From assembly GCA_012295275.1 (NCBI GenBank), contig CM022671.1, forward strand, positions 6,634,001 to 6,698,000: a DNA stretch of 64,000 nucleotides, read 5' to 3'. Shown piece after piece: positions 40,291-59,868 of this stretch. The translations under genes and the position numbers were made by a program. This stretch comes from Chrysomallon squamiferum (lineage: Eukaryota; Animalia; Mollusca). Position 1 is the first letter of the stretch; every line of letters begins with the position of its first letter. The notes below the pieces were generated by a model. It was not told where the DNA came from. It saw only the letters and a program-made list of their open reading frames with translations, and searched no databases.

Positions 40291-42391
40291 TCAGACGTAT
40301 TTAAACTCGTCCATGTCTTTGAGAAACGAAAGAAGAACTATTTTAGGCACTGCGCCGTTGTAGTCGTCAATCATCTTGGCAAACTGGTTATGACGTGACT
40401 TCTGGTGTTCTGCAAAAGCCTCTTTCAGCTTAAGTTCGTTGTACAGTTTACGCACAGTCTCTACACAGGCTGGGTCGTTGCGTCCGTAGTTTGCCTGTAG
40501 AAACAGAAAACCTTTTAAAAATCTCACAGAGCATCTGAGTGACTACAGTGTATATATAATCCGTATCTACTTTCTGGCTGTCAGTTTACAGAACAAATTT
40601 GATATACTCCTAATATCATATCTGCTAATCTTAAAAATGTTTACCTCTTAATATTAGTTAATATAAAAACTAATTATCTTTTGATATCTGATAATATTGT
40701 GTTCTTATTATTCAGTTGCTGACATTTGTACACTTTCTAAACGAGTCTGTACCTCTGTGTGTCTGTACATTTTTTTTTAATCGTTTAGACAGACATTTGA
40801 CACGCTGTTTTTATTTACACTGAATTACAAACCACTAAATCTTTATAATACTTATATATCATACATAGATATATTTATCTATTAGTAATGATTGGAATTA
40901 TAACAAACATACACAGACAGACACAGATATTTTCTGGACTTACCTTCAGAATTTCAAGCTGCTTTTCTGAACATCTGGCCAGTGCTTGACCATACAGCCA
41001 CGTGCATCTTCCTTGTTCTATGTCTGTCCCAGGTGTCTCTCCGTAGAAATCCATGTAGTCATTCTACAACACGACAAATAATTATCTCAAAATCAACACA
41101 CACACACACGCAAACATGTGCACATCCATCCACGTTGAAACATGTCCACAAATGCAAATACACGCATAGACAGATTCATAGATAAATAAAGTAGATAGCT
41201 ATAAAACAATAAATAGAAATACAGAAGAAAAGAGGCAAAAAGATATACTGATAAAGAAAAATTAATTTTTTAGTTTGCAGGTAAGAATTTAACAATTTAA
41301 GTATTGTTTTGTTTTTTATTATTATTATTTATATTTTAAATTTTCATTTGTTTTATATACATATACATACATATACACATACATAATATTCAAACAGACA
41401 CTAACCTGATCTTGTTGCCAGTAACCAATCACTTTGCACAGATCTTGAATACTTTCATAATCCTTATCATCTGTAATTCCTGACTGAAATCAGATTTGTA
41501 CCTTTTATTATTTTTGTTCCCAGACGATGATAATCATTAAAATAATAATGTTCATAATAATAATAGGAATAGAAGCAGCTCTGGCAGTAATAGTAGTAGT
41601 AGTAGTAAAAATGATGATGATGATGATAAAAATTTGTAAAAAATAATAATAAAGCAAGGTGACAAGGTTGATGGGTAGTTAAAAATTTGGTTGTGTAAAT
41701 TGTGGGAATATATATGACTTTATCTTTTCTCTTACAGTGTTAGAATGTATCTGTCCACGACAGGCTTGCTTCAGCCTTTAACAGATGTACATGCATACTG
41801 TCTACAGACACCGAGATAGAATACTTTAATTATATAGACAAACAAGTAGGCACAGATAACATGAATAGACAGACTGACAGAGACATATCCATACAAACAG
41901 ACCGATACAGAGATGTGGAGATGAACAGACACACATATATATATATATACACACACACAGACACTGTAGACATTTACCAGAATCATGGCTAATACGAGAG
42001 GTAAACCCATGTAGACCTCAGACTTGACTCTTGTCAGCGCCTCGCACTTTTCTGTGGTGAATTCCTTCCAGTCTGATTTCAGATCTTGACGAAAAGCTAC
42101 AAACTCCCAGAATGTGCACTGAAACACACACAAAATACATTAAACATAATAAAATATTTATGATCGTACATGCATATATTCAGAGAGTCACACACACATA
42201 CATACATAGATGAACACATACGTACGCACATAGAGACATTCAGTCTAAAAAAAGTTACAGAAAAAGATAATATTCAAATAAAAAAACAGTCTAATCAGAC
42301 GTATATAAGACGGAGAATTCAAATCCTGAACTACCTAACTATATACATCCATACATACATACATACATACAAGCATACATACATACATACA

Positions 42392-42425
<34 letters not shown>

Positions 42426-42601
42426 CATACAAACACAACTTGTAAAAAACACCCCAAAAAACAGTTATACTCACATCTCGGAAGAAGTCGAAGAGACGAA
42501 CATAGTAACTTTTCTTCCCAAAATATTTCTTCATTATTTTGTAACAAGAACAGTAATAAAATCCACTGTCCAAATAGACATTATCTCCAACACCTTCCTG
42601 C

Positions 42602-42661
<60 letters not shown>

Positions 42662-44009
42662 TTAGCAAGGACCAACAGGAACGATAACTCGTAACGGCAC
42701 AAATTACGTGTGCTCAAGAACTGGCTCGAGATTTCACCAATTTAATGGGTACAAACTACGCCTGAATGTTGTTTTATTTATTTTTTGTTTTATTTATTAG
42801 TATAAATCACAGAAAGTACAGACAAATAGATTATACACGCATTTGCACAAAAATAATCCAGTTTGAAAATTGTTTGAATCTAGGAATTTTAACAACATGA
42901 TAGTGTAAATCACAAAAAGTACAGAAAATAGACGTAAAATTGTTGAATCGAATTTTAACAACATGATGTGACAGTTTCCGAGCATACACGGACATTTCGG
43001 ATCAAAATTCAAGATGACTACTACTAATATAATAATAATAATTTTTAAAAATTAAATAAATAGTAGAAGAACACTTACAATGGTATGCCATGTTGGTACA
43101 CCGTCTCTCACTTTCTGTCCGTCTAACAAGTCGTCAGACATTAGTCCGGCATTCTTGTACTAAAACACAAACTCGAAATTGTGGCACGGTTTAAATGATT
43201 ACATATAATTCCTTACTTGTGAAGGAATTTATATACAGTATAACCATAATGTTAATAAATATAAATAAATATAAATTAAAATACATAACTGAATGACATC
43301 AGGAAATACTGAACTGACACATTTTAGTCCGGGTTTATAATAATGACGTCATACGTTATTATCGATGACGATCATATACAAAATATTTAGTGAGAGGGAA
43401 ATCTTCGAAGAAATAGTTTAATTTTTATTTTATTTTAGTTTACAACACGTTCCCAGATGCACTGAAATGAGCCAGTGGTAAACAAGTAGGTATACAAATA
43501 ATGAAAATCTTACTATCTCCGCACACCAGCCTAGAACACGAGCTTCATGAAGATCTTTTTCCGAACAGTTTGGATTCATCACCTTGTACAGACTGAAAAC
43601 CATCTGACCGTAGAACGGATACACCTTCGTGTTTGTGTACTCGAAAGCCTGATAAATAAACATAAAGAATATCACTCTGTGACCATAACAAGTTTGTGTG
43701 TTTATATATGTCTGATAATAGGCGTGTGTGAGTGTGTGTTTATGTGTTGTATACTCATAACTCAGATGTGTGAGAGAGTAAACTGAATATCAGATAGACA
43801 GATATACATCGTGACAAAAGAGACAGACGGACATACACCTAGAGACGGGTAGTCTGAAGGCACGATAAACAAATGTAGAGAATAAAATAGATATAAAGAT
43901 GGAGATATAAATAAGCATTAAATATATACATATATATAATTACATTAAACGTATACAGAAAATCCTTATAATTGTTCTGTTATTTTTGTTGTTGTTGTTG
44001 TTGTTGTTG

Positions 44010-44078
<69 letters not shown>

Positions 44079-44205
44079 TAATTACCTTTTTATACTCGTG
44101 TTTCGCTTCGCTCACTTCATCTCCCATCATTTCCGGACTGAAAATGTACTCTTTAAGAGTCACAAACACCTCCCGAAACTTCTTTGTATCCTCCACGGTT
44201 GCCAT
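40291..44205 (-). CDS. FPPS-like protein copy B, 333 aa; candidate IDS-derived terpene synthase
   Basis: Exons 44205-44086, 43648-43514, 43159-43079, 42597-42475, 42118-41978, 41483-41406, 41063-40944, 40494-40291 (same sizes as A). FARM DDLLD, KSEVY, SARM NDYMD, C-terminus KDMDEFKYV*. Confidence 0.93.
42661..43020. mobile_element. Insertion in intron 3 of copy B (shorter version of the copy C insertion)
   Basis: Begins gttagcaaggacca.caggaacgataactcgtaacggcacaaatt next to a (TAA)n run. Absent from the 106-nt intron 3 of copy A. Confidence 0.5.
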
Positions 44206-44585
44206 GGTAACTGCACGTGGAAAGTGATCGAATTAAGTAATGAATGAATGAATGATTACCTCACGGAATATTTATTTAGATATTTTAAATATTTAGAGTT
44301 GTTTGCTCTTTTTGCCTTTTTATTGTAAAAATTAAATTATAAAGAGAACTGCAGCATCACTGTCAAATTCTGTTATCACTGACAATTAAGAAATAGTTTA
44401 AATTATTATGAACGTTTTACAGTGAATACCGTGACGTTAGATATATTTATAAAAAAGCTACGTTTACAAGTTTAAACTGTTCCCACACATTGGTGTGAAG
44501 TAATTAGTGTATACACACGCACACACATACATATATATATACGTACATATATAGAAAGATATATACAAACATATATAGGCATATA

Positions 44586-44912
44586 GAGGTACCGAACCAA
44601 TTATCCGGCGTCCTGAAATCCAGAAAGACCAGAAAACCGGAAGTTTTGCCCCGACGATGTTTTCATGGTCCTCACCAGACCGGAACTACTCTTTCAAGCA
44701 GCGTGGCGTTCATTCACTCGCCTCACTGTTTACGTGACGAGTCGCCACCACAGTTGTGTATCGTCAATTTTCTTTATATTTTTAATTTTAAAATGTTTAT
44801 GCCTAATTATTTACATATTTAAATGCCTTGGTACCAGAAAACCGGAAAATCCAGAAATCCGGAATGGAATGCCTCAGGCCCCAAAGAATCCGGATAATTG
44901 GTTCGGTATCTG
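44586..44912. mobile_element. MITE with TA target-site duplication (Tc1/mariner-type), 327 bp
   Basis: TIRs gaggtaccgaaccaattatccgg (44586-44608) and ccggataattggttcggtatctg (44890-44912), with a 19-bp perfect core, flanked by TA on both sides. No transposase ORF. Present only in the 5' intron of copy B. Confidence 0.85.
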
Positions 44913-45454
44913 TACATGCATGCACAGATCCATAGATACATATCTATATATATCGACACTTAATACTTTATAATTTATGTAGACATAGTAAAATGGATAA
45001 ACAGCAATGTGTCTGAAACGAACACGTGGCAGGGCTACACCCACTCGAGCCCCTCCCAACCAACAACTGACGTGATCAAAAAAAAAAAAAAAAAAAAAAT
45101 CCCTGTAACAAGAATTAATGTATTTCTTAAAATTACGGTATATAAAGTGTTACCAAAACCTAATAAAATTATTCATTAATTCATTGTAGGGAAATACATC
45201 ATTTGAAACAAACTGATTATATTTTAAAATGTATGTTTAATTTTCAATCTACCTGCCTTTCGTTTTGCAAGTCTGTGTTTAAACCTGTGAAGTTTTAGTT
45301 TTATAAAACGTAATTAAATAAAAATAATAAATAAAAAAATAAATAAAATAAATAAAATAATATATATATAGCTAGTTAACCTTAGAAAATGCCCAACGAA
45401 TGTTAAAGTCAAAGAAGAAGTAAATGTGAGAGACATCACATGTAAGGTACTCAC

Positions 45455-45577
45455 TTGTACGTTAACGGAAATTCTGTCACACGTTTTGCGTTAGGAACTG
45501 TTTCTCGACTCAGACGTCTCGTATTTCCACTGAATATATAAACTGCGTGTTGCCAACAGGCGGCAGACAGCACCTGT
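45455..45577 (-). promoter_or_regulatory. Putative core promoter and non-coding first exon of copy B
   Basis: CAGGTG...TTGGCAACAC...TTTATATAT...TACAA|gtgagt (donor at 45454). Confidence 0.55.
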
Positions 45578-46037
45578 TGAACACACGAGTACTTAGCAAG
45601 GCAACACGCTGCATCATTATAATGTAAATGAATCAATTGAAACGTAGAATAGGATTCCGTGCAACAGATGGAAAGAGACAAACGAGGTGGTAACGTTACG
45701 TAACTACACGTGTTTTACAAATTACTGGTCTGCGATCTGCTAATGCCTGTGTCCTGCAGCACTTTACACAGTTAGTGATGTCATTCACTGAGTGGTCGTA
45801 GTCACGCACACAAAAAAAACAACAACACAGGCACCGTTTGTGGCGTGGGAGTTAAATTATTTACATGTAAACATACCTATGTAGACAAATGATTTATACA
45901 TACACACATGCAACCATACATTCATAGATACATGCAGACACACACACACACACATATAAATACGCACACACACACACATATATACATACAGACATGCACA
46001 ACACATACCTCCCTAATCTATACCAAATATATAGGTG

Positions 46038-46093
<56 letters not shown>

Positions 46094-46155
46094 ACATATA
46101 TATATATAGGTACATGTATATATTACATAAACACACAGTCATGAATAATGTAATA

Positions 46156-46199
<44 letters not shown>

Positions 46200-46213
46200 C
46201 TATATATTTCTGT

Positions 46214-47287
46214 TAAGATTCTGAAGACGTTTCATAAAGAAGTTCTGTCATCTTGAAAATATCTCTGCAGTTTAATATTACTTTATAAAAGTATAATATT
46301 ACAAAAATATTACTAATCTTTTGAACTGACATGATTTCACAAAGATTATATATATAATTTTGTCAATGTCGAAAGAAAGTGAAATTAACATAACACACAG
46401 AACATACACTATACACAAATACACACTAAACACACACAAACAACTTCGAGGTGTTTTTCAGTAATGCTGAATACAGAAATGAGAATTTTCATACAGGTAA
46501 GTACGTAACGACCTCAGTAAGCTTGTATTTTATGTGTTTACACATCCTACACACAACGAGAAAATCATTCTTTAGATAAACGTAATAAAACATGAGATTA
46601 TTTTAAACATCTGTCATACGTCAACGTTTTTGTGTATTTATACTCCACAATTTCCGTTAAGTTAATGTTTCTCCGAGTTAGGAAATCTGCTCCTATCTCT
46701 GTAGAGTACTAGTGTGTCATGGGTTTTAGTATGTCACGTGACTTTAGTGTATCATGGAATATTAGTGTATCATGGAACATTAGTGTGTCACAGAAGATTA
46801 GTGTTCATGGAAGATTAAAAGAGAGCCAATCTCCCGTCAAAAGAGGGTCACATGCCAGTTATCACAGTGTACATAATAACATTTGACTTTACTCTTAGTT
46901 TTTTGGAATGCAAAACAAGATTTTTAAATGACGCAATAAATAAAATAATATATTTGTTATTAATGGTCTAAAAAGCAGTTTTAAATTTCGTACTCAGTTG
47001 TGATGCAGAGAACCTCCGATCTTCAATACCAGCGTGAGAATATGAAAATTATCACAGCACTGTCAAACACTGTTTTATTTGTTTATTGTTATTTTTATTA
47101 ATATAAGCACATATTATGCAGTATATTGTTACTTTTAACATTCTGTTATTTAACTGTTTTGTGAAATTATGTCAGTTCGAAAGATTAGTAATATTTTTGT
47201 AATAATATAATTTTATAAAGTAATATTAAATTGCAAAGATATTTTCAGTATGATAGAACTTCATTATAAAACGTCTTCAGAATCTTT
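46214..47287. repeat. ~130-bp inverted repeat (46214-46343 and 47158-47287) around an ~815-bp spacer
   Basis: aagattctgaagacgttt...ttttgaactgacatgatttcacaaa is the approximate reverse complement of tttgtgaaattatgtcagttcgaaag...aaacgtcttcagaatctt. Confidence 0.8.
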
Positions 47288-47831
47288 TCAGATATGGAAA
47301 GTTTTTGTTTGAATATTTGTCTGTTTATTAGCTAAAAACTTGACAAGGGGAGAATATCATTATTTATTATCGTTTTAAACGTTCAAACACCTTGACTTAT
47401 ACTGATATACTTTCCAGCCGTTTTTTTTAGTGCAAATTCTGATAGAAGTAGCTCGTACTATATATATATTTTAAAGACCTTTGAACGATACTAGTATTTC
47501 CAACAACAAAAGTCAAACATTTCAGTTTTGCCAAAAAACGCGTCACTTGGATCTCTGAACGGGTTCAGCAAATTCACAATTATTATTATTTTCAACAAAA
47601 TGACAGCAAATTCAGAATTACTGAGAACACCAAAAATCTAGCAGTAAATAAATAAAAAAATATAAAAAAATAAAAAAATAAATAAATTAACAAATAACTT
47701 TTTCAGGAGCAAATATAAAACTTGAACAAACAACTGGGTTTACTTGTAATATATTTATTTAATAACTTAAAATATTTCATAATAATTTTCAACCAATCAG
47801 GTTGAAATACGTGCAGGTCAAAGTTCAGTTA

Positions 47832-49032
47832 TCAGACGTATTTAAACTCATCCATGTCTTTGAGAAACTTAAAAAGAACAACTTTAGGCACTGGGCCGTT
47901 GTAGTCGTCAATCATCTTGGCAATCTGGTTATGACGTGACTTCTGGTGTTCTGCAAAAGCCTCTTTCAGCTTAAGTTCGTTATACAGTTTCCGCACATTT
48001 TCTACACAGGCTGGGTCGCTGCGTCCGTAGTTTGCCTGTAGAAACAGAAAAATCTCTTTAAAAATCTCACACAGCAACTGGGTGACTAACATTATATATA
48101 ATCCACATCTTCTTTCTGTTGATCAAATCTGATATACTCCTAATGTCTTATCTGTAAATGTTAAAATTGTTTACCTCTTAATATTAGTTAATATAAAAAC
48201 TAATTATCTTTTAATATCTGATAATATTGTGTCTTTATTATTTACTGTCTCTAGTTGCTGAAATTTGTACACTTTCTAAACGAGTCTGTACCTCTGTGTG
48301 TCTGTACATTTTTTTTTTTTAATTGTGTAGACAAACATTTGACACACTGTTTTTATTTATGTATATATATATACCTTCAGAATTTCAAGCTGCTTTTCTG
48401 AACATCTGGCCAGTGCTTGGCCGAACAGCCACGTACAACGTCCTTGTTCTATGTCTGTCCCAAATGTCTCTCCGTAGAAATCCATGTAGTCATTCTACAA
48501 CACGACAAATAATTATATCAAATCAACACACACACAGACACACACACGAATACACATGCACATATCCATCCACATGGAAATATGTCCATCTCCAACCACA
48601 CACATGCAAATACACACATAGATATATAGATAGATGAAGTAAACAGGTAGATAGATAGATACATACACAGAAGAAAATATGCAGAAAGTGAACAGATGGA
48701 TAAAAAGACAGATAAAGAGACAGACAAAAAGAGAAAAAAATAGAAAGATAAATTATTTTTATGTTGCAGATTCATAGTAATAATAATATAATTTACATGT
48801 TTTCTACAATACATACCAGAAAATATTTTATTTTTGTTTATTTGTATTTTAAATTTTCATTTCATTTATGCATATAGAGGCACACATACATATACACATA
48901 TATATATATACAAACAAACAGACACTAACCTGATCTTGTTGCCAGTAACCAATCACTCTGCAGATTTCTTCAATAATTTCATAATCTTTATCATCTGTAA
49001 TTCCTGACTGAAATCAGATTTGTACCTGTTAT

Positions 49033-49067
<35 letters not shown>

Positions 49068-50051
49068 CACACACAACACACTTTGACTTTGAGAGGTTGA
49101 TCAAAGTTTATAATAATAATGCTCACATTAGTAATAGGAATAGAAGCAGTTGTAGGAGTAGCAGTAGTAGCAGTAATAAAAATAAAGATAATGATGATGA
49201 TAATAAAAATTAGTAGAAAATAATAATAAAGGAATGTGACAAGGTTGCGGTGTTAAAATTTTGGTGTGGTGTAAATTGTGGGAATATTGGGAATATATAT
49301 GACTTTATCTTTTCTCTTATATAACAACACTGTAAGGCATTTCCTGTCCACGACAGGCTTGCTTCAGCCTTTAATAGATGAATATTCATACTGTCTGTAG
49401 ACAGAGAGATAGAATACTTTAAATATATAGACAAACAAGTGGACACTTTTAACATGAACAGATAGACTGACAGAGTGATATCCAGACAGACATTTACAGA
49501 TATATACAGATGAAAAGAAAGACAGGGATAGAGAGATAAACAGATATATACAGACAGACAATGTTGACATTTACCAGTATAATGGCTAAGATGAGAGGCA
49601 ATCCCATGTAGACCTTAGACTTGACTCTTGTCAGTGCCTCGCACTTTTCTGTGGTGAATTCCTTCCAGTCTGATTTCAGATCTTGACGAAAAGCTACAAA
49701 CTCCCAGAAGATGCACTGAAACACACACAAAATACATTAAACATAATAAAACATTTATGACTGTAAATAGATATATTCAGACATACATACATGGACACAT
49801 ATACAGACATTTAGTCTAAAAAGAGTTACATAAGATAGAGAATATTCAAATCCTAAGCTACATAAATATATACATACATACATAAACACAAAAACAAGAT
49901 GTAAAAATAAACAGTTATACTCACATCTCGAAAGTAGTCGAAGAGGCGAACATAGTAACTTTTCTTCCCAAAATATTTCTTCATTATCTTATAACAGGAA
50001 CAGAAATAAAATCCACTGTCCAAATAGACATTATCTCCAACACCTTCCTGC

Positions 50052-50099
<48 letters not shown>

Positions 50100-50165
50100 G
50101 TAATAACAATAATAATAATTATAATAATGATAATGATAGTAGTAGTAGTAGTAGTAGTAGTAGCT

Positions 50166-50222
<57 letters not shown>

Positions 50223-51198
50223 TTAGCAAGGACCAGCAGGAACGATAACTCGTAACGGCACAAATTGCGTCTGCTCAAAAAATGGCTCCAGATTTCTCCG
50301 ATTTAATGAGTGCAAACTGCGCCTCAGTGTTCGTTTTTTGGTGGGTTCTGATACGGGGAACACAGACAGCTAAAAAAATTAATACATTAATCTGCTTGAA
50401 CATTGTAATTTCGTTATAATTTAAAATGTAGTTAGGAGAGGTGTACTATATCATGATTTTGTGATATGAAGAGCCATGCATGCCTGTTGAATTTGGAAGT
50501 TTAACGAAATGGTTTCCGAGGATACACGGAAATTTCCGATCAAACTTCAAGATGACGGCGTCCCACGCCGGTCAGTGTTCACAAACATTTAAACACCTCA
50601 TCATAATGGAATCAATTCTTCGCGGATAATTGCACGTAATTTGTTAACTTGAATGCCTCGTAAAAATAGACGTCTGTTAATGAGTAGAAACTGCCCAAAG
50701 GTCGAAACATGTTTTGTTGTTGTTTTTGTTTTTGGTAATTTTGACCTCATACCACCTCTTACCCGTTTTGTCCTATATTTTTTTCAAACATTATTACAAC
50801 GTTAGAGCAAAAAAAAAAAAAAATAATAATAAAAAAAAATAAATAAATAAATAAAAAAATTTTTTTTTTTTTTTTTTTTTTAAATAAATAATAAAATAAA
50901 TAATAATAATTTTTCACAGACACCGGCGGGTGAATAAAAAAAATGACTATTCTCATTAGGTACTAAAACGCCATAGCATATAGTTCTGCGTATGTTGTTG
51001 TTAAACAATAAATTTTTAAAATGTAAAATAAATAGGTAGAAGAACACTTACAATGGTATGCCATGTTGGTATCCCTTCTCTCACTTTCTGTTCGTCGAAC
51101 AAATCGTCGGTCATTAGTCCGCCATTCTTGTACTAAAACACAAACTCGAAATTGTGGCACGGTTTAAATGATTATATATAATTCCTTACTTGTGAAGG

Positions 51199-51246
<48 letters not shown>

Positions 51247-51923
51247 TCTATAACCTTAATGTTAAATAAATCTTAATAAATATAAAATAAAATACATAAC
51301 TGAATGACATCAGGAAATACTGATTTGACACATTTTAGTCCGGGTTTATAATAATGACGTCATACGTTATTATCGATGACGATCAATACAAAATATTTAG
51401 TGAGAGGAGATCTTCGAAGAAATAGTTTAATTTTTAGTTTAGTTTAGTTTACAATACCTTTGCATATACACTGAAATGAGTGAGTGGTAAACAAGTAGGT
51501 ACATAGATAATGAAAATCTTACTATCTCCGTACACCAGCCTAGAACACGAGCCTCATGAAGATCTTTTTCCGAACAGTTTGGATTCATCACCTTGTACAG
51601 ACTGACAACCATCTGACCGTAGAACGGATACACCTTCGTGTTTGTGTACTCGAAAGCCTGACAAAAAATATAAAGGATATCATTCTGTGTCCATAACAGA
51701 AAGGCTTTTTGGTTGTTCTATTATTATTATTGGAATTGGAATTGGAAAAAAATTAACGTGCTAATCAGAGCAAGCTTCACAACAGCATTATTATTATTAT
51801 TACCTTTTTATACTCATTTTTCGCTTCTCTGACGTCATCTCTCATCACTTCTGGACTGAAAAGGTAGTCTTTAAGAGTCTCAAACACCTCCCGAAACTTC
51901 TTTGTATCCTCCTCGGTTGCCAT
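47832..51923 (-). CDS. FPPS-like protein copy C, 333 aa; candidate IDS-derived terpene synthase
   Basis: Exons 51923-51804, 51657-51523, 51132-51052, 50047-49925, 49715-49575, 49007-48930, 48494-48375, 48035-47832. FARM DDLFD, KSKVY, SARM NDYMD, C-terminus KDMDEFKYV*. Confidence 0.93.
50221..51003. mobile_element. ~780-bp insertion in intron 3 of copy C (shared with B)
   Basis: Same left end as the copy B insertion and a shared internal block (tttccgag.atacacgga.attt...atcaaa.ttcaagatgac). Absent in A. Confidence 0.5.
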
Positions 51924-52317
51924 GGTAACTGCACGTAGAAAGTGATCTGAATTAAGTAATGAATGAATGATGGATTACCCCACGGTATATTTATTTAGAT
52001 ATTTTAAAACAGAATTGTTTGTTCTTTGCTTTTTTTTTTAGTAAAATGTAACTTATAAAGAGAATTCCAGCACCACTGTGAGATTCTGTTATCAGCGGTA
52101 TACCAAAAATAAAAATAAAAATATAAATATAAATGAATAAAATAAAATAAATACATAAATAAATATATATATTTATTTATGTATTTATTTTATTTTATTC
52201 ATTTATAATTATATTTTTAAAAAATCAGATTCAAACAGTTAATCTTAAAAAATGCCTAATGAATGATAAATTCAGTGTAGAAGTAAATGTGAGAAATATA
52301 AAATACAAAGTACTCAC

Positions 52318-52402
52318 TTGTAAGTTTTGTCGATTCTGCTTTCTCGCCTATGCTCTTATTATATAAAGTGCGTGTTGCCAACAGATGGCGCACAGCACCT
52401 GT
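52318..52402 (-). promoter_or_regulatory. Putative core promoter and non-coding first exon of copy C
   Basis: CAGGTG...CATCTG-TTGGCAACAC...TTTATATAA...TACAA|gtgagt (donor at 52317). Confidence 0.55.
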
Positions 52403-52925
52403 TGAAAACACAACATGCAACAGATGGAAAGAGACAAACGTGGTGATAACGTTACGTAACAATACGTATTTCACAAATCTCTCGTGACCTACTAATCGTT
52501 TTATCATATAATCCTTTGATCAATAGTCACGCACAAACACAAAGCCTTCGTTTGAGGCATGGGAGTTAAATTATTTTCAACACACACACACACGCACACT
52601 CGAATGTACATGTAAACATACCTACGTACCTAAGTAGATAGATGATTTATGCATACACACATATACATTACATATATATATATATACACACATACACATT
52701 CACACATTCGTGCACACATGCACGTGCACGTACCACCCTAAATTATACCTATATATATATATGTATATGCACATGCAAACACACGTCTATTTACGCACGT
52801 ACATACATACATACACAACAATAACGAGAGACGGAGTTCGAAAACAACAAATGATTAATTAGGATGCCCAAAATGAGCAACTTATAATAACGATTCATGT
52901 GGGTGATATCAGTGCGTGTGTCTGT

Positions 52926-52974
<49 letters not shown>

Positions 52975-54676
52975 GAACTTCGAGGTGTTTTTCAGTAATG
53001 CTGAATACAGAAATGAGAGTTGTCATACAGGTAAGTTCGTAACGACCTCAATAAGCTTGTATTTTATTTGTTTACACATCCTACACATAACGAGAAAATC
53101 ATTTCTTTAGATAAACGTAATAAAACATGAGATTATTTTAAACATCTGTCACATGTCAACGTTTTTGTGTATTTATACTCCACAATTTCCGTAAAGTTAA
53201 TGTTTCTCCGAGTTAGGAAATCTGCTGCTATCTCTGTAGAGTAGTAGTGTGTCATGCGACTTTGATGTGACTTTAATGTGTCACGGATCATTAGTGTGTC
53301 ACATATGGGTATGTAATAAAATACTGAGTATTACATACATAAATCCATAACAATATACTCAGTACTTCAAGAAGTTTTATAATTTACAACAATGGATTAT
53401 AGTTTTACTGATCTTTAGAAAGATATAGTGCGAATTACTTCCCTTATCACACTTTCCATTTATAGGGGAAGTAACTCGTACTATATTTATATATTTTAAA
53501 GACCTTTGAATGATACTAGTATTTTAAACCAGTGTAGGGCAAACGTTTCAGATTTTAGAAAAAACGCACCACTTGGATCCTTGAACAATGGAGCAACGTG
53601 TTAGCAAATTCACAATTATTATTATTTTCAACAAAATGACAGCTGATTCAGAATTACTAAGACAACCGAAAATCTAGCAATAAATAAATAAACAGATAAA
53701 TAAAATAAAATAAAATAAAATAAAGAGTGAACTATAACACATGTTAATTTTAAAAACTAAAGATAAAATATTTCTATCAATTCTCTTCGTGGTAAAATGG
53801 TTATATTTCTTTGAAGAATCACTATTTATCAGGTGTTTAAATGTAAGAATTTTATTATGAGTAAATCATTATTTTGAGCAACCTGAGTTCATAAACTTTT
53901 TTCTTTATATATATATTGTGTGTCTGTTGTCGCTTTTAGGCGATTTTTTTTCTTTTTCCCTTTTTTTTTTCTTTCTTTCCTGTGACAAGTAAATCTGAAT
54001 AATTCCAAAAATACTTACTGTAAACTCGTTTCTTTTAATTTCTTTTATTATTTATTTTTATTTATTTATACATTTTTTATTATTATTATTTTTAGTCGCA
54101 CTCACGTGAAACAGCACTTGGGTGTAAACATAAGAGATATATTTCCTCTTCGTATGTTGATTCAACAATTTGGCAACAAAACAGCTCATTTTGTAAATAA
54201 TTTATTTGCAGAAACACATAAAATTTAAATTTTTATAATAATTATAACACACGTCCAGACAAAGATTATCATTTTTCATACTAAAGTGATACAAATAAAT
54301 CGTCTAAATATATTCTGCATACTTCCAAGTTAGGTATTTTAATATTTTTCCCTCACTAGACTTAATTAATAGCAAACAAAAGTGTACGGCCGCCATTTTT
54401 CTGTAGTCGTGACGTCACAGCATAAAGAGCTCGCTGATTTGCTCTGGTTTGTTGTGACGTGAGACAAAAAAAAAGAATGCCCACGTGATAATGGGTGAAC
54501 AGACAGACGTCTTATGACAGCATACTCATACTTCGTTACTCAGATCGCTCAAACAAATAAAATAATAACTAACAAAAACATAAAGAACCATCTTTAGACC
54601 ATTCACAGGTAAACATGAAGATCAGACAATTTCTATTTCTTCTCAGTTTTCTGTACGTGATGATCTCATGTTTCTG

Positions 54677-59411
<4,735 letters not shown>

Positions 59412-59767
59412 GACGTTAAGCTTTAAACTAAACAACAACAAAAATAACATCTCGAATAAAACTCTAAAAATACTATATATATGAGAAATACTTCATTTAT
59501 TTATTTAATATGTTAATAGTGGACAATACTTTGTTCATTTCTAATAATTTTGTTTAGTATTTAAATTTATAATGAAAAATTTGTTTATTATTTATAAAAG
59601 ATACTTTATATATTAATAATGGAAAATATTTTATATATTTACAAAGCAAAAATTAATTATCTATATATTGATAAATATTTTACTTTTTTTTTTATAACGA
59701 TAAATCTAACACTTTGTAAGTTATAATGAAAAGTCAAAAATATATATATATATAAAACTAGACGTAC

Positions 59768-59868
59768 TTGGTATAGGTGTGTCTGGCAGGAACGCTAACT
59801 CTAACAAGCACACAGACATGCGCAGTGTTACAGTTTATATGTGTTACCACACGTGTGATGTCACCTGT
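59768..59868 (-). promoter_or_regulatory. Putative core promoter and non-coding first exon of copy D
   Basis: CAGGTG-acatca-CACGTG-TGGTAACACA-TATAAA, then a segment ending CCAA|gtacgt (donor at 59767). Confidence 0.55.

Noticed and set aside
54385-54490. CpG-rich patch with GCCGCCATTT (YY1-like) and TGACGTCA downstream of copy D
   Set aside because: No associated exon or ORF is visible. It could be a repeat fragment, and the evidence is insufficient to call a promoter.
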